A stretch of 53,592 nt of DNA from a virus. Its lineage: Duplodnaviria > Caudoviricetes. Position numbers and translations under genes: made by a program. The notes under the pieces are model-generated. The model saw only the letters and a program-made list of their open reading frames with translations, was not told the origin of the DNA and ran no database searches. The first letter of the stretch is position 1, and every line of letters starts with the position of its first letter. Location of the stretch: IMG/VR virus record IMGVR_UViG_3300043399_000721, positions 1-53,592 of that record; one strand, given 5' to 3'. This document shows positions 1 to 8,568 of the stretch, one piece after another.

Positions 1-1
1 T

Positions 2-184
2 CATGATTATTCTCGCTTGCCAAAGTATTCCGCATGGGAAATTATTTCCCTACGAAAGATGACTGAATGGAAAATTGAAAAGAAGTATCACAGTACCATC
101 CTCGATTTTCTTGAAGTCTCCTTACCAATCCTTTTCATCTTGATACCAGCGATGGTACTTGGTGATTGGAAAAGAAAAGATTAA
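2..184 (+). CDS. 3' end of hypothetical protein, truncated by window start (outer virus)
   Basis: Frame open from position 2 (HDYSRLPKY...GDWKRKD) to TAA at 182-184. Confidence 0.5.
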   Translation, partial: HDYSRLPKYSAWEIISLRKMTEWKIEKKYHSTILDFLEVSLPILFILIPAMVLGDWKRKD

Positions 185-229
185 CACCGTCATCAAAATG
201 GGTTTGATGACATTTTCTAGGAGATATTT

Positions 230-1030
230 ATGGGTAAAAACAAAGAAACAGCTACAGCTCCAGGACTCGCTTCTGAAGTCGTATCAGCTCTCACTGAAGG
301 TCAGAAAGCGATCCTCGGCTCTATGGATGCTGATGGTGTAGCAGAACTTTCAACTATGACAATCGAAGAAGTTCAGCAGACGCTTGACCTCATCGCTTCT
401 CTTGGTTCATCAGCTAATATGGCCGGTGATGTTGAGTTCGTTGACGCTAAGCCTGAGCGCGAAGACATTGCCATCCTCACTGCTGGCTCCGCTGCTCTTC
501 GTGCAGGCACAAAGATTCGCGCTTACCTTCTCGGGACTGTTCACATCTTCTCTAAGTCAATGAAAGAGAACTGGAAAGAGTTCAAGACTGAGAAGCAGCT
601 CTACTTCTACAATTCTTACTACAAGTTCCGTGACATGAACGGCAAAGAGTTTGGTATCTGGGCATCGCCTACTCTTCGCGTACTCGAGAAGATTCCTACT
701 CACGCTTCTACTCCGGCACTCGTTGCTCAAGACCCTCTGGTTGAAATTTCTTACTTCGGTAAGATCGAAGGCAAAGAGCGTCTGAAGCAGGAATTCGGAC
801 TCGAGCTTTCTAAGGGTAATGCGGCCCATGTGTTCACTGTGCGCGTTCCAGCGAACGTCAAAGTTCAGAACTACATCAAAGGTTCCATTAACTCTCTTAA
901 CTCTCCGGTTCCTGTTGAGTCTTCTGCTGATACTTCAGTATCACGCGAAGAAGCTACTCGTCAGAACTACGAGAAGCTCATGGCGCTTCAGGGCGGCGAC
1001 CAGGGCGTAGCAGGTATTCTCGCTCAGTAA
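230..1030 (+). CDS. Putative OB-fold ssDNA-binding protein (outer virus)
   Basis: 266 aa, AGGAG RBS, highly-expressed-type codon bias (GCT/CTT/AAG). Motifs FGIWASPTL, VEISYFGK and GNAAHVF resemble phage OB-fold proteins. Followed by a terminator. Function inferred. Confidence 0.4.
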   Translation: MGKNKETATAPGLASEVVSALTEGQKAILGSMDADGVAELSTMTIEEVQQTLDLIASLGSSANMAGDVEFVDAKPEREDIAILTAGSAALRAGTKIRAYLLGTVHIFSKSMKENWKEFKTEKQLYFYNSYYKFRDMNGKEFGIWASPTLRVLEKIPTHASTPALVAQDPLVEISYFGKIEGKERLKQEFGLELSKGNAAHVFTVRVPANVKVQNYIKGSINSLNSPVPVESSADTSVSREEATRQNYEKLMALQGGDQGVAGILAQ

Positions 1031-1038
1031 TTGAATTC

Positions 1039-1068
1039 AGGGGAAGGGGCGAATGCCTCTTCCCCTTT
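1039..1068 (+). terminator. Rho-independent terminator
   Basis: AGGGGAAGGGGC-GAAT-GCCTCTTCCCCT hairpin followed by T residues. Confidence 0.75.
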
Positions 1069-1157
1069 AAATAAAAATCAACTGTTTACACCTGCACAGT
1101 AAACAAAACAGAAAAGATCAGGGAATAGAGCAGCGGGTATTTTGGTATAATCAAAGG

Positions 1158-1379
1158 GTGAAAAGAAATTATGAAGTTTTTCTTTCTTATACCGGAGAAA
1201 TCATCATCAAGAACGGTGAATCAATTTTGATTTATCGTTTTGAGGGTGAGGAGCAGCTATGTGCCTTTGCCACTGACGTTGAGCTTCACGACATGCTTTT
1301 GTTTCCCTTAAAGGAAGTTCCGGTAAAAATATGGAAAAGACACAAGAAAAGAATAAAGAAGTTCTTCTCAGAGAACTAG
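1158..1379 (+). CDS. Hypothetical protein, possibly leaderless
   Basis: 73 aa ORF; GTG start 6 nt after a TATAAT box. Confidence 0.55.
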   Translation: MKRNYEVFLSYTGEIIIKNGESILIYRFEGEEQLCAFATDVELHDMLLFPLKEVPVKIWKRHKKRIKKFFSEN

Positions 1380-1561
1380 CCTCTCACCCAGCTACTGCTC
1401 TTTCATTTATGAGGACGATGTTTTCGGCCTTGGAAATGTGTCATGAAGTTTTATATGATCTGACTTGGGAGAGGGGCGGAAAGCTTGATCCGATACAAGA
1501 AGAGTACGTCGTTAAATTAAACAGAATTGTAAGTGAAATTTTAGAAAAGCAGGAGGATTAG
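1331..1561 (+). CDS. Hypothetical protein
   Basis: 76 aa ORF in a tightly packed operon. Confidence 0.55.
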   Translation: MEKTQEKNKEVLLRELASHPATALSFMRTMFSALEMCHEVLYDLTWERGGKLDPIQEEYVVKLNRIVSEILEKQED

Positions 1562-1562
1562 T

Positions 1563-2039
1563 ATGGATAGCAATATGAGAATTATCGAGAAGAGTAGGGA
1601 TATCTCAAGAAAATTAAGGTCTGCCACTGACATGACGCAAGCATCCACCATTTATGTTTCTTACTATGTGGCCGACAATGAATTGAAGTGGACGATCAGG
1701 CTCAACGGGATCGACAATAGAGTCAATGGTATTTCCCTAGGGGTGTGCTTTATGACTATTAAAGATGTTATGGCCAATCACAAGCTGTTATCCAAAAAGT
1801 CACTCGGCGTTCGCTGGCCTGGTATCCACGGATTAAACTCTTTGACAAAATTCATTGAAGGAGAGGTTTCTTCAAACTGGAAGGCCACAAATGAAGGCAT
1901 CATCGAAGTGGCAAAGAAATGGGAAGACAGGATTCGGACTCGTCTTAAAGATGAGGGCCAGATCAAAAATATTATTTTTAAGCCAGAAAACGCATTTCAA
2001 CCATTAACAGAAGGAGAGGTCCGTGAGTCACTTTTTTGA
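1563..2039 (+). CDS. Hypothetical protein
   Basis: 158 aa, AGGAGG RBS. Confidence 0.7.
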   Translation: MDSNMRIIEKSRDISRKLRSATDMTQASTIYVSYYVADNELKWTIRLNGIDNRVNGISLGVCFMTIKDVMANHKLLSKKSLGVRWPGIHGLNSLTKFIEGEVSSNWKATNEGIIEVAKKWEDRIRTRLKDEGQIKNIIFKPENAFQPLTEGEVRESLF

Positions 2040-2460
2040 TAAAGAATTTTGGATAGACGTATGGATTTGTCTTTCCGCTATGAGGAATGAGCTTCTGATA
2101 AACCTTATTGTCTCTATTTATATCTCCGTCGTAGCAAATCCATTTGCAGGCCTTGCCGTCGGAGTTTATATGAATTTGATGATTATCAATTTTGGTATTC
2201 ACAAGCTCCAGATCAACCAACTGGATACTCTCTCCAAGAAAGACAAGAACCTTAGACTTCTTTGCACTAAGATTCTTGATTCTATCCATGACGGAGTATC
2301 TGCGGCGCTGAAGAACCTTTCCACTAACCCTCAGGCCACAGAAACTTTTTTGATTATTATAAAAGAAAACCTGAACACTGTTCTTCATCAGATCAAGCTG
2401 GCAGAAAACGGTGTGACAAAAGAGGATTTCAAAAAGTTTACAGAAGAGAATAGCTTATGA
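2023..2460 (+). CDS. Hypothetical membrane protein
   Basis: 145 aa, GAGG RBS, hydrophobic N-terminal half. Confidence 0.65.
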   Translation: MSHFFDKEFWIDVWICLSAMRNELLINLIVSIYISVVANPFAGLAVGVYMNLMIINFGIHKLQINQLDTLSKKDKNLRLLCTKILDSIHDGVSAALKNLSTNPQATETFLIIIKENLNTVLHQIKLAENGVTKEDFKKFTEENSL

Positions 2461-2648
2461 TGTTTCAGGATATTCTTCAGCTAGTGATCTTCTTCTTTTC
2501 TCTTCTCTTGGTGGTTGCCGCAGTAATGATGGCCATACTTGGGATGGTCAATCGGAATCTCCTGATGTCGCTCATAACAGTGGCGCTGGTATGTGTCATT
2601 ATTTGGCTGCAAAGGATTTCTGCCTACCTAGATGGTGTGTCAAGATGA
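2457..2648 (+). CDS. Small two-TM membrane protein
   Basis: 63 aa, two hydrophobic segments, ATGA overlaps on both sides. Confidence 0.6.
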   Translation: MMFQDILQLVIFFFSLLLVVAAVMMAILGMVNRNLLMSLITVALVCVIIWLQRISAYLDGVSR

Positions 2649-2935
2649 GGACTAACAAGTGTGGCGTCACAGAGGTAGCGCATTTGAGAACCGACAAAGA
2701 GAAGTACGACCAGGGCTGGGACAGAATCTTTGGCCAGAGGAGTAAGAGTGAAGAAATCGTTATTGAAGCTGAAAATCCTTCCCATGAGGAGGATCAACGA
2801 ATTAAAGAGCTTGCCCGGAGATCTTATCAGTCGTTGGATTGTGGGCAAGATACTGAAGGCTTTCCGGAATCATCAAGCTACGTTTACGGCTTCATGGAAG
2901 GTTACAAAAAGGCCCTTGCCGAACAAAGAAAGTGA
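2645..2935 (+). CDS. Hypothetical phage protein
   Basis: ATGA-coupled start at 2645 (MRTNKC...); contains YDQGWDRIFG and GFMEGYKKA, motifs typical of small phage proteins. Confidence 0.6.
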   Translation: MRTNKCGVTEVAHLRTDKEKYDQGWDRIFGQRSKSEEIVIEAENPSHEEDQRIKELARRSYQSLDCGQDTEGFPESSSYVYGFMEGYKKALAEQRK

Positions 2936-2975
2936 GTAGTAAGTTTATATCCATCAAATAACCAAGGAGTAGATT

Positions 2976-3080
2976 ATGAATGGAATCGGATCAGTTTGTA
3001 TTAAAAAAGAAACAATTTTTATTATGATCGATGGTCAGCAAGTACCAGCTCAATGTGCTTGCGCCAAATGTGAGAAATAA
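2976..3080 (+). CDS. 34-aa Cys-containing small protein
   Basis: AAGGAG RBS; MNGIGSVC...QCACAKCEK; fills the operon gap; not in the ORF track. Confidence 0.5.
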   Translation: MNGIGSVCIKKETIFIMIDGQQVPAQCACAKCEK

Positions 3081-3081
3081 T

Positions 3082-3258
3082 ATGCTTATTCAATTTACGA
3101 TTGGCCTGGGGTTGTTGGAGTTTGCTTGTCATTTTGCAGCGGCGCTTTGTTATATGTGGATAGGCTTCGTGCTTAAAAATGACGACATTTCTCCCTTCTT
3201 GTTTGCGTCTGTTTTTGTTGCGGCGATTGTGCTCAATATTATCGGAGCAAGCTTATGA
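3082..3258 (+). CDS. Small two-TM membrane protein
   Basis: ATG immediately after the previous stop; two hydrophobic segments. Confidence 0.55.
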   Translation: MLIQFTIGLGLLEFACHFAAALCYMWIGFVLKNDDISPFLFASVFVAAIVLNIIGASL

Positions 3259-3491
3259 GCTGTCAGACTTCTAAGAATGTTCAGATTTGCCTTTTCCTTT
3301 GCTCTATGTCTTTTCTGTCAGGCATATACTTTGGGACTCAAGTGACTCTTGATCGCTTTCAGGATGAAAAAGCTCATAATGCAAAGATTCTGGAGAACTG
3401 CGTTCAGGTTATGACAGGTACTATTCCAAAACATCTTGATTTTTCTAAAAAGAAGAAGAAGAAGAAAGATGTGAAGATCGCAAAAAATTAA
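3255..3491 (+). CDS. Hypothetical membrane-anchored protein with Lys-rich tail
   Basis: 78 aa; its TAA stop forms the last 3 bases of the left target-site duplication. Confidence 0.6.
   Translation: MSCQTSKNVQICLFLCSMSFLSGIYFGTQVTLDRFQDEKAHNAKILENCVQVMTGTIPKHLDFSKKKKKKKDVKIAKN
3484..3491. repeat. Left copy of 8-bp target-site duplication AAAATTAA
   Basis: Directly precedes the first base of the 2,586-bp repeat; identical to 41491-41498. Confidence 0.8.
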
Positions 3492-3539
3492 GAGGAATAT
3501 TCTGGGTGTTGGGTTCTTTAAAGACCGATAAATAAATTT

Positions 3540-4262
3540 ATGAGGCACGAGATGGAGCATTGCAGTTGCTACGAGTATGGGTTTAATCTGTCACACATGG
3601 AGGCTAATCATGTTTCATGCGCTGACTGTGGTCGAATTGTTTACCGCAAATTGAACGCACTCTTTGTTGAGAAAGAAGGGGTTTATTCAAACCTCCCAAT
3701 GGTTGAAGCATGGGACATTGAAAGAAACGCAATGAATTGCAGGAATGAACTTCCCGCTGTTGCTCATCCCCCTTGTGAAAGATGGGGGCGGTACTGGTTC
3801 GGTGGCCCATCGGTAAAAGAACGGAAGAAACTTGGAGATGATGCCGGATGTTTTGCTTTTGCTCTCTGGTACGTTCGCACCTATGGCGGAATTTTAGAGC
3901 ATCCTGAAGCGTCTCATGCGTTTAAGTTTTTCGGTCTTCCGTTACCAGAAAGAAAAGGTGGATGGAGCTCGCCGGATATTTATGGCGGCCGTTCTTGTTG
4001 TGTTGAACAGGGGCACTATGGGCACCCGGCAAGAAAAGCTACTTGGCTTTATGCCGTGAAGACAGATTACCCGGACCTAATTTGGGGGCCATGCGAAGGA
4101 AAGATGAGAATGGACGAAGGTTTTCACTCAAAGGAGCAGGCCAAGGAAATGAGAGCTCGCCCTGACTATGTTCCGGTTAAAAGATTATCGGCATACGAGA
4201 GACTGGCAACACCAGTCGATTTCAGAGACTTACTAATTAATATTGCAAGAACGGCAAGGTAA
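3540..4262 (+). CDS. Divergent phage DNA (cytosine-5) methyltransferase-like protein, copy 1
   Basis: ALFV, VAHPPC (motif IV-like PC), GGILEHP (motif VI-like) and YGHPARKATWLY (motif VIII-like); Cys-rich N-terminus. Confidence 0.6.
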   Translation: MRHEMEHCSCYEYGFNLSHMEANHVSCADCGRIVYRKLNALFVEKEGVYSNLPMVEAWDIERNAMNCRNELPAVAHPPCERWGRYWFGGPSVKERKKLGDDAGCFAFALWYVRTYGGILEHPEASHAFKFFGLPLPERKGGWSSPDIYGGRSCCVEQGHYGHPARKATWLYAVKTDYPDLIWGPCEGKMRMDEGFHSKEQAKEMRARPDYVPVKRLSAYERLATPVDFRDLLINIARTAR

Positions 4263-4283
4263 ATAATCTTAGGTAACTATCCC

Positions 4284-4312
4284 TTGACGACAAGTAGGAA
4301 TTAGTTTATACT
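4284..4312 (+). promoter_or_regulatory. Sigma70-type promoter starting inside the IS left end
   Basis: TTGACG-17 nt-TATACT, then GAGG RBS before dcm; repeated at 39697-39725. Confidence 0.75.
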
Positions 4313-4331
4313 GATTACAGAGAGGTAGAGT

Positions 4332-5144
4332 ATGCGAATTTTAAGTCTTTTTGATGGAATATCTTGTGGGCAAATAGCCTTAAACAAAGCCGGAATTTCA
4401 AATTATGACTATCTGGCTTCGGAAATAAATCCTTATGCTATTAAAGTTACACAGCATAATTTTCCAAAAACTATACAGCTTGGAGATGTAACCAAGATTA
4501 AAGGGACGGAATTAGGTAAAGTTGATTTATTGATTGGTGGAAGTCCTTGCCAAGGGTTTAGCTTTGCTGGGAATCAACTTAACTTTGAGGACGAAAGGTC
4601 TAAATTATTCTTTGAATACGTTCGACTTCTTGAGGAGACAAGCCCTAAATATTTTCTTTTAGAGAATGTTAAAATGATTAGGGAGAGCGAAGACATAATA
4701 ACTAAAATGTTGGGCGTTAAGCCTATTAAAATAAATAGTTCTCTTGTATCTGCACAAAACAGAGAGAGGCTGTATTGGACTAACTTACCCCATCCTACAA
4801 TTCAGGACAGAGGATTGGTTTTAAAGGATGTTTACGAACCTATTTCTGGCACCCCGTTAAGTGATACAACCGCTTCCAGACCTAGAACTATTCGTAATTA
4901 TAGGGGGTTAAATCAAAAATCTTCTTGTCTCTTGGCTACTATGTATAAGCTCAGTCAGAGTAATGGAATGACGGTCATTCAAGACAATGGAAAGTTACGC
5001 TGTATTACCCCCTTAGAGTGTGAAAGACTTCAAACCGTTCCTGATAACTATACTTCAATACTATCCAATACTAGAAGATACGAAGTGTTAGGTAATGGTT
5101 GGACAGTTGACGTTATAGTTGAATTTTTTAAGGGGTTGGCATGA
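4332..5144 (+). CDS. dcm: DNA (cytosine-5) methyltransferase, IS passenger, copy 1
   Basis: LSLFDGISCG (I), GGSPCQGFS (IV), FLLENV (VI), QNRERLYW (VIII), ECERLQT (IX), LGNGW (X). Confidence 0.95.
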   Translation: MRILSLFDGISCGQIALNKAGISNYDYLASEINPYAIKVTQHNFPKTIQLGDVTKIKGTELGKVDLLIGGSPCQGFSFAGNQLNFEDERSKLFFEYVRLLEETSPKYFLLENVKMIRESEDIITKMLGVKPIKINSSLVSAQNRERLYWTNLPHPTIQDRGLVLKDVYEPISGTPLSDTTASRPRTIRNYRGLNQKSSCLLATMYKLSQSNGMTVIQDNGKLRCITPLECERLQTVPDNYTSILSNTRRYEVLGNGWTVDVIVEFFKGLA

Positions 5145-6022
5145 GGTACACTATCAAAAATTTCATCAAAGACTTTCCAGACGATAAGACTTGCCTAGCC
5201 TTCATCTTTAAAAACCGTTACCCAAATGGACTAACTTGCCCTAAATGTGAAAAGACTTCATTTCATCCGGTCGAAGGTCGTAAGTCCTATGCTTGTTCAT
5301 GCGGTTATCAAACCTATCCGACTGAAGGAACTATCTTTCATAAATCACCTACGCCATTAACTCTTTGGTTTCATGCTATTTTCCTCATGTCTCAATCCAA
5401 AAATGGGGTAGCCGCTAAGGAATTAGAAAGACAGCTTGGAGTCACATATAAAACGGCTTGGAGAATGGCGAAACAAATTCGGATGCTTATGGGACAAAAT
5501 CCAGACCCATTAGGCGGTAATGAAATCATTGAAGCCGATGAAGCGTATATTGGCGGTGTTCGCAAGGGTAAACGAGGGAGAGGTGCCGCTGGTAAAACTC
5601 CTGTATTTGGAGTTGTTGAAAGGCAAGGTGAAATCAAAACTCAAGTAGTTAAAGACGTTAGGCAAGCGACAATTATTCCATTGTTTTCAAACATGGTGCC
5701 AGCACAAGCCGTTATTGTTACGGATGAATCAAGCATCTATAACAAGGTAACTAAACTAGGGCATTTGCACGAAACTATTAACCATGGAAACGGTCAGTAC
5801 GGTCGAGGAGATGTTCACACCAATACTATTGAAGGCTTTTGGTCACAGTTTAAGCGTTCGGTTCACGGGACTTTCCACGCTGTTTCACCGAAGTATTTGC
5901 AGTCTTACCTTGACGAGTTTTCTTTTCGCTACAACCATCGGAAGTCTTCGCAGTCTTTGCCTGTTTTGATGTTTTCAAGGGTTGGGACGCTTTTACCAAA
6001 AGACGAAAAAATTGCTTCATAA
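5141..6022 (+). CDS. IS1595-family (ISXO2-like) DDE transposase, copy 1
   Basis: N-terminal Zn ribbon CPKC...CSC, HTH LERQLGVTYKTAWRM, IEADEAYIGG, IVTDE, HTNTIEGFWS, YLDEFSFRYN. Confidence 0.95.
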   Translation: MRYTIKNFIKDFPDDKTCLAFIFKNRYPNGLTCPKCEKTSFHPVEGRKSYACSCGYQTYPTEGTIFHKSPTPLTLWFHAIFLMSQSKNGVAAKELERQLGVTYKTAWRMAKQIRMLMGQNPDPLGGNEIIEADEAYIGGVRKGKRGRGAAGKTPVFGVVERQGEIKTQVVKDVRQATIIPLFSNMVPAQAVIVTDESSIYNKVTKLGHLHETINHGNGQYGRGDVHTNTIEGFWSQFKRSVHGTFHAVSPKYLQSYLDEFSFRYNHRKSSQSLPVLMFSRVGTLLPKDEKIAS

Positions 6023-6348
6023 GGATTTTTAATATGAATACGAAGGATGGTCAACTTGTCACTAAGGGATACTTACCTAAAGTTATGCGGGCAAGAAGCT
6101 ATGAGACCGGCTTATGTTATAACCATCTGCAAAGAAGCACTAAAAGAAGTGGAATAAGCGCGTCCGGTAAGCTCCATTCGGGATTTGGAATCGCTGACAG
6201 ACCGATTGTGCAACGTCTGTCTTCCATAATTATTCAATATACTGCATAATTAATCACAGAAAACATTCACAATACTCGATAAGAACTACCGCTGAAAAAC
6301 TTTCAATCTGAACTCCCCTGTACCGTTTGTGGACTCTCTCTTCCCGGG

Positions 6349-6570
6349 ATGGTTGCCTACCATCACGTCTACACTCGCAAGGCTTACCCTGAGCACACTG
6401 AGGAGAACTGGAACTTAATGCCCCTGTGCTCGCATCATCACGTTGAAACGCACCGGATCGGGACAGTCTCATTCTCTCGGAAGTATCCGCAAGCGCACAA
6501 CTGGCTGATAAGGAAAGGATGGGAGTTGCACTCCGGGAAATGGATTTATCCGCATCCGGGATCGGAATAA
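6349..6570 (+). CDS. Small HNH-like Zn-binding protein
   Basis: HHVYTR...NLMPLCSHHH. Frame is open upstream through CTVC, so the true start is probably near 6292. Confidence 0.6.
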   Translation: MVAYHHVYTRKAYPEHTEENWNLMPLCSHHHVETHRIGTVSFSRKYPQAHNWLIRKGWELHSGKWIYPHPGSE

Positions 6571-6803
6571 ATAATCTCCGGGATAACCTCGTTGTCTGGC
6601 GTGCCAAGCTCCGCAGGATGCTCAACTACTACAAGAAGAAATCAGACAGCGAAGACCTTGCGCTTGTCCTGTGCTCATTCCCGTCGACCTCTGTTTATAT
6701 TTACAGCGCAACACAACTCACGTTTGAGCAGTGGCTAATGGAAGCTGAGACAATCATGAGTCAATGCTATCAAGCGGGATATCAGTACAAGGGGATGCTA
6801 TGA
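6519..6803 (+). CDS. Hypothetical protein (start uncertain)
   Basis: 94 aa ORF overlapping the previous gene. Confidence 0.45.
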   Translation: MGVALREMDLSASGIGINNLRDNLVVWRAKLRRMLNYYKKKSDSEDLALVLCSFPSTSVYIYSATQLTFEQWLMEAETIMSQCYQAGYQYKGML

Positions 6804-6915
6804 AAACCCGTTGCTGACTAATTCCTAGACAGCCATTGTAATCTTTTCAACTCTTCACCTTGGTGCGTGTTGTTGGGTTATTATGCTCTCAGGACATTAA
6901 CCGCCGGGAGGCAAT

Positions 6916-7221
6916 ATGAACACCAGAGCAATAGCAAACAACGGAAAGCCAACAATCGACGAAGGAAACGAGCATTTTATTTGGTCTTATAATGAATCAA
7001 CTAAACAGGAAAATTTGCAAATAGCTACTCTTTACCTGTGCGACTCCTGCGGCACACCTTCGACAGTGAACTCGGTTTGGGTTCTAGTGGGTTATCAATT
7101 TCCAATAGGAGTTGGAGCTGCACTTAAACAAGCTAATGAAATAAAAGAAAAATTCGGTCTTTTAACCGAACTTGGAGCTAACGAAGATGGCGATGGTTTT
7201 TGCGAGAAATGCTATAAATGA
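6916..7221 (+). CDS. Hypothetical Zn-binding protein
   Basis: GGGAGG RBS; CDSC...CEKC pairs. Confidence 0.65.
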   Translation: MNTRAIANNGKPTIDEGNEHFIWSYNESTKQENLQIATLYLCDSCGTPSTVNSVWVLVGYQFPIGVGAALKQANEIKEKFGLLTELGANEDGDGFCEKCYK

Positions 7222-7400
7222 AATATATGATATTACTTATTTTGCTTTCCTGCGGGAAGAGTGAGAAGAGATGCGTTTCAATAGAAGAAGCGCGTCTTCG
7301 ATGCAAGGCCGATGTTGTCCGAGACTACTGGCCGGGAACAGCACCCGAGTCACTCATGAAACAGTGCGAGTACTACTACCCCGTAGAAGCATGTTATTGA
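7218..7400 (+). CDS. Small lipoprotein
   Basis: MKYMILLILLSC lipoprotein signal; additional Cys residues. Confidence 0.6.
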   Translation: MKYMILLILLSCGKSEKRCVSIEEARLRCKADVVRDYWPGTAPESLMKQCEYYYPVEACY

Positions 7401-7473
7401 CTCCCGATGTAAACACACTTTAAACTGAGGTTAAGAGTCGGTGACTCGAAACATTTAACTCAGTGAGTAACTT

Positions 7474-7656
7474 GTGGAAGAAATCGGCGCAATAAGCGCA
7501 TTGCTATCAGCAATTAAAACTCGTGTTGATGGCTCAGTCAGCATCACCCTCGAAGCAAATCCATCAGAGATCGAAGTGATAAACAAATTGTTGCAGTGCT
7601 ACCTGATCGACAAGCGCTTGTTCACTGTCGCGTTCATTAGGACTGACAATGAGTAA
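7474..7656 (+). CDS. Hypothetical protein, first gene of the packaging operon
   Basis: 60 aa ORF overlapping the terS start. Confidence 0.55.
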   Translation: MEEIGAISALLSAIKTRVDGSVSITLEANPSEIEVINKLLQCYLIDKRLFTVAFIRTDNE

Positions 7657-8077
7657 GATGGGAAGACCTCACGGATACGATCCGAAGCACGTAACCGAGA
7701 TGCTAGAGTTCTTTCAGAACTGGGAAGAGTTCCGAGAAGTCGAAAAAACTGTCATTGTCGGTGGTCGGGTAACAAAGATCAAGGAAAGACTCGCAAACTA
7801 TCCTCCGACTCTGAACAAGTACGCCATCAAGCTTGGCATTGACCGCCACACACTGAAGAGATGGGCCGAAGAAAATCCTGACTTTTATGCCACATATAAA
7901 GCTTGCAAGATAATCCAGGAGGAATGGCTCTCCGATCGTGCGACCACAGGAGAGTATCACGCAGGGTTCACTAAGCTCATGCTGGTGAATCATTCGGACA
8001 TCAAGGATAGGGTTACTCACGAAGTGCATGATGCAGCGATAAAAATAAATATCGACTCAAGCGACAGCAATTTATGA
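7649..8077 (+). CDS. terS: Terminase small subunit
   Basis: MGRP..YDP N-terminus, HTH ([15 protein letters not shown]), position upstream of terL. Confidence 0.8.
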   Translation: MSKMGRPHGYDPKHVTEMLEFFQNWEEFREVEKTVIVGGRVTKIKERLANYPPTLNKYAIKLGIDRHTLKRWAEENPDFYATYKACKIIQEEWLSDRATTGEYHAGFTKLMLVNHSDIKDRVTHEVHDAAIKINIDSSDSNL

Positions 8078-8568
8078 GCGAGTCATGGAAAGCGTTGGAC
8101 GGGTTTGATTATGAAATATCAAGCAATGGCAGAGTAAGGCATTTTAAAAACGGCTTAAAGAAATTAAGCGTTCATAGAAATGGATACTCCTCGGTTTCGC
8201 TATGGAAAAATGGCAAAGAAAAAAGAGAGCTTATCCACAGGCTTGTTGCAAAAAAATTTCTCGGCAATATTGATGGAATGGAAATTAATCATAAAGATTT
8301 TAATAAACTCAATAACAGAGTTGAAAATTTAGAAATTGTAACCAAAAAGCAAAACACTATTCACGCAAAACACGGGAAAAGATTTACTGGAAATAGAAAT
8401 GTTTCAGGGTCAAAGAATCCTGCATCAAAAATAGATGAGGAACAAGTAAGAAAAATAAGAGCCATGAAAGATTCCGGCGCAAGATATAAAGAAATTATAG
8501 AGCAATTTGGTATTAAGAAATCACAGCTATGGAACATAATTTCTGGAAAATCATGGAAGAATGCATAA
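8074..8568 (+). CDS. NUMOD4/HNH homing endonuclease
   Basis: WK...[37 protein letters not shown]-terminal HTH. Confidence 0.9.
   Translation: MSESWKALDGFDYEISSNGRVRHFKNGLKKLSVHRNGYSSVSLWKNGKEKRELIHRLVAKKFLGNIDGMEINHKDFNKLNNRVENLEIVTKKQNTIHAKHGKRFTGNRNVSGSKNPASKIDEEQVRKIRAMKDSGARYKEIIEQFGIKKSQLWNIISGKSWKNA

Larger units (their letters stand above)
3492..6077 (+). repeat. 2,586-bp direct repeat, copy 1
   Basis: Starts GAGGAATATTCTGGG, ends GGGATACTTACC. Offset to copy 2 is 35,413. All three encoded proteins are identical between copies; spot checks of DNA show no differences. Confidence 0.97.
4272..6077 (+). mobile_element. IS1595-family insertion sequence (1,806 bp) with passenger methyltransferase, copy 1
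   Basis: 24-bp terminal inverted repeats at 4272-4295 (GGTAACTATCCCTTGACGACAAGT) and 6054-6077 (reverse complement GGTAAGTATCCCTTAGTGACAAGT), 20/24 identical, enclosing MTase and transposase. Confidence 0.9.

Noticed and set aside
189-211. Inverted repeat GTCATCAAA/TTTGATGAC before the SSB-like gene
   Set aside because: Single occurrence, adequately explained as a leader hairpin or operator; no further support.
3447-3467. AAG repeat as a phase-variation tract
   Set aside because: Short in-frame triplet run encoding poly-Lys; slippage would not switch the gene.
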